A DNA stretch of 55,736 bases from an uncultured Planctomycetia bacterium (GTDB taxonomy: Bacteria; Omnitrophota; Gorgyraeia; JABMRG01). The notes below the pieces were generated by a model, which searched no databases, was not told the DNA's origin, and saw only the letters and a list, made by a program, of their open reading frames with translations. Both the position numbers and the translations under genes were made by a program. Below are positions 55,670-55,736 of this stretch, piece by piece. The stretch is from assembly GCA_964506565.1 (NCBI GenBank), contig CAZDLP010000001.1:2139-57874 (forward strand), read 5' to 3'. Positions within the stretch are counted from its first letter, which is position 1. Each line of letters starts with the position of its first letter.

Positions 55670-55736
55670 TTATAAATCATTGTCTTAGCTAGGACTCATA
55701 ATCTCTTAATCTGGGATCGCGTCTTTAGAATGAAAA

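Overview
AT-rich window that looks like core chromosome of an anaerobic diderm bacterium (LptF/LptG, an OprB-like porin and a heptose epimerase are present). I cannot assign a taxon. About 58 CDS are tightly packed and all but three (comF, lptF, lptG) lie on the minus strand. Main blocks, left to right: (1) a radical-SAM/epimerase/porin group; (2) a ~10 kb co-directional, almost gapless gene string (inferred single operon) of rex, hypF(short), hypCDEAB, a four-subunit group-3b (sulfhydrogenase-type) [NiFe]-hydrogenase, its maturation protease and a His-rich Ni transporter; (3) an oxidative-stress and Fe-S island with a stand-alone NrdD-type glycyl-radical tail protein, cupin, Rrf2, Ogg, TrxR-like, Grx-like, an unlisted desulforedoxin ORF, Ldh, FNR-like, SOR, rubrerythrin, ferritin and an IscR-like/NifS/NifU set; (4) hldD, lipA, lplA and gcvTHP; (5) a Na/Pi transporter, HD-GYP, fba, comF and lptFG; (6) a CPA2 antiporter fused to an EIIA(Ntr) domain, pfkA, two pilT, ahcY and metK; (7) a regulatory PTS (ptsI, ptsH, yvcK, ptsN); (8) a tRNA-Lys/Leu/Gly cluster. 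I saw no CRISPR array, transposase, integrase, rRNA or recognisable defence system. The most unusual signals are non-coding. One is a three-copy family of ~150-nt structured repeats with compensatory base changes and strand-specific G.U pairs, two copies of which bracket the hydrogenase block in inverted orientation. The others are a 109-nt repeat upstream of both rbr and metK, and a 29-nt exact repeat shared by two promoter regions. Protein-level oddities are a Kae1-domain-only HypF, the stand-alone NrdD glycyl-radical tail, a rubredoxin-like/SOR fusion and the antiporter-EIIA fusion.
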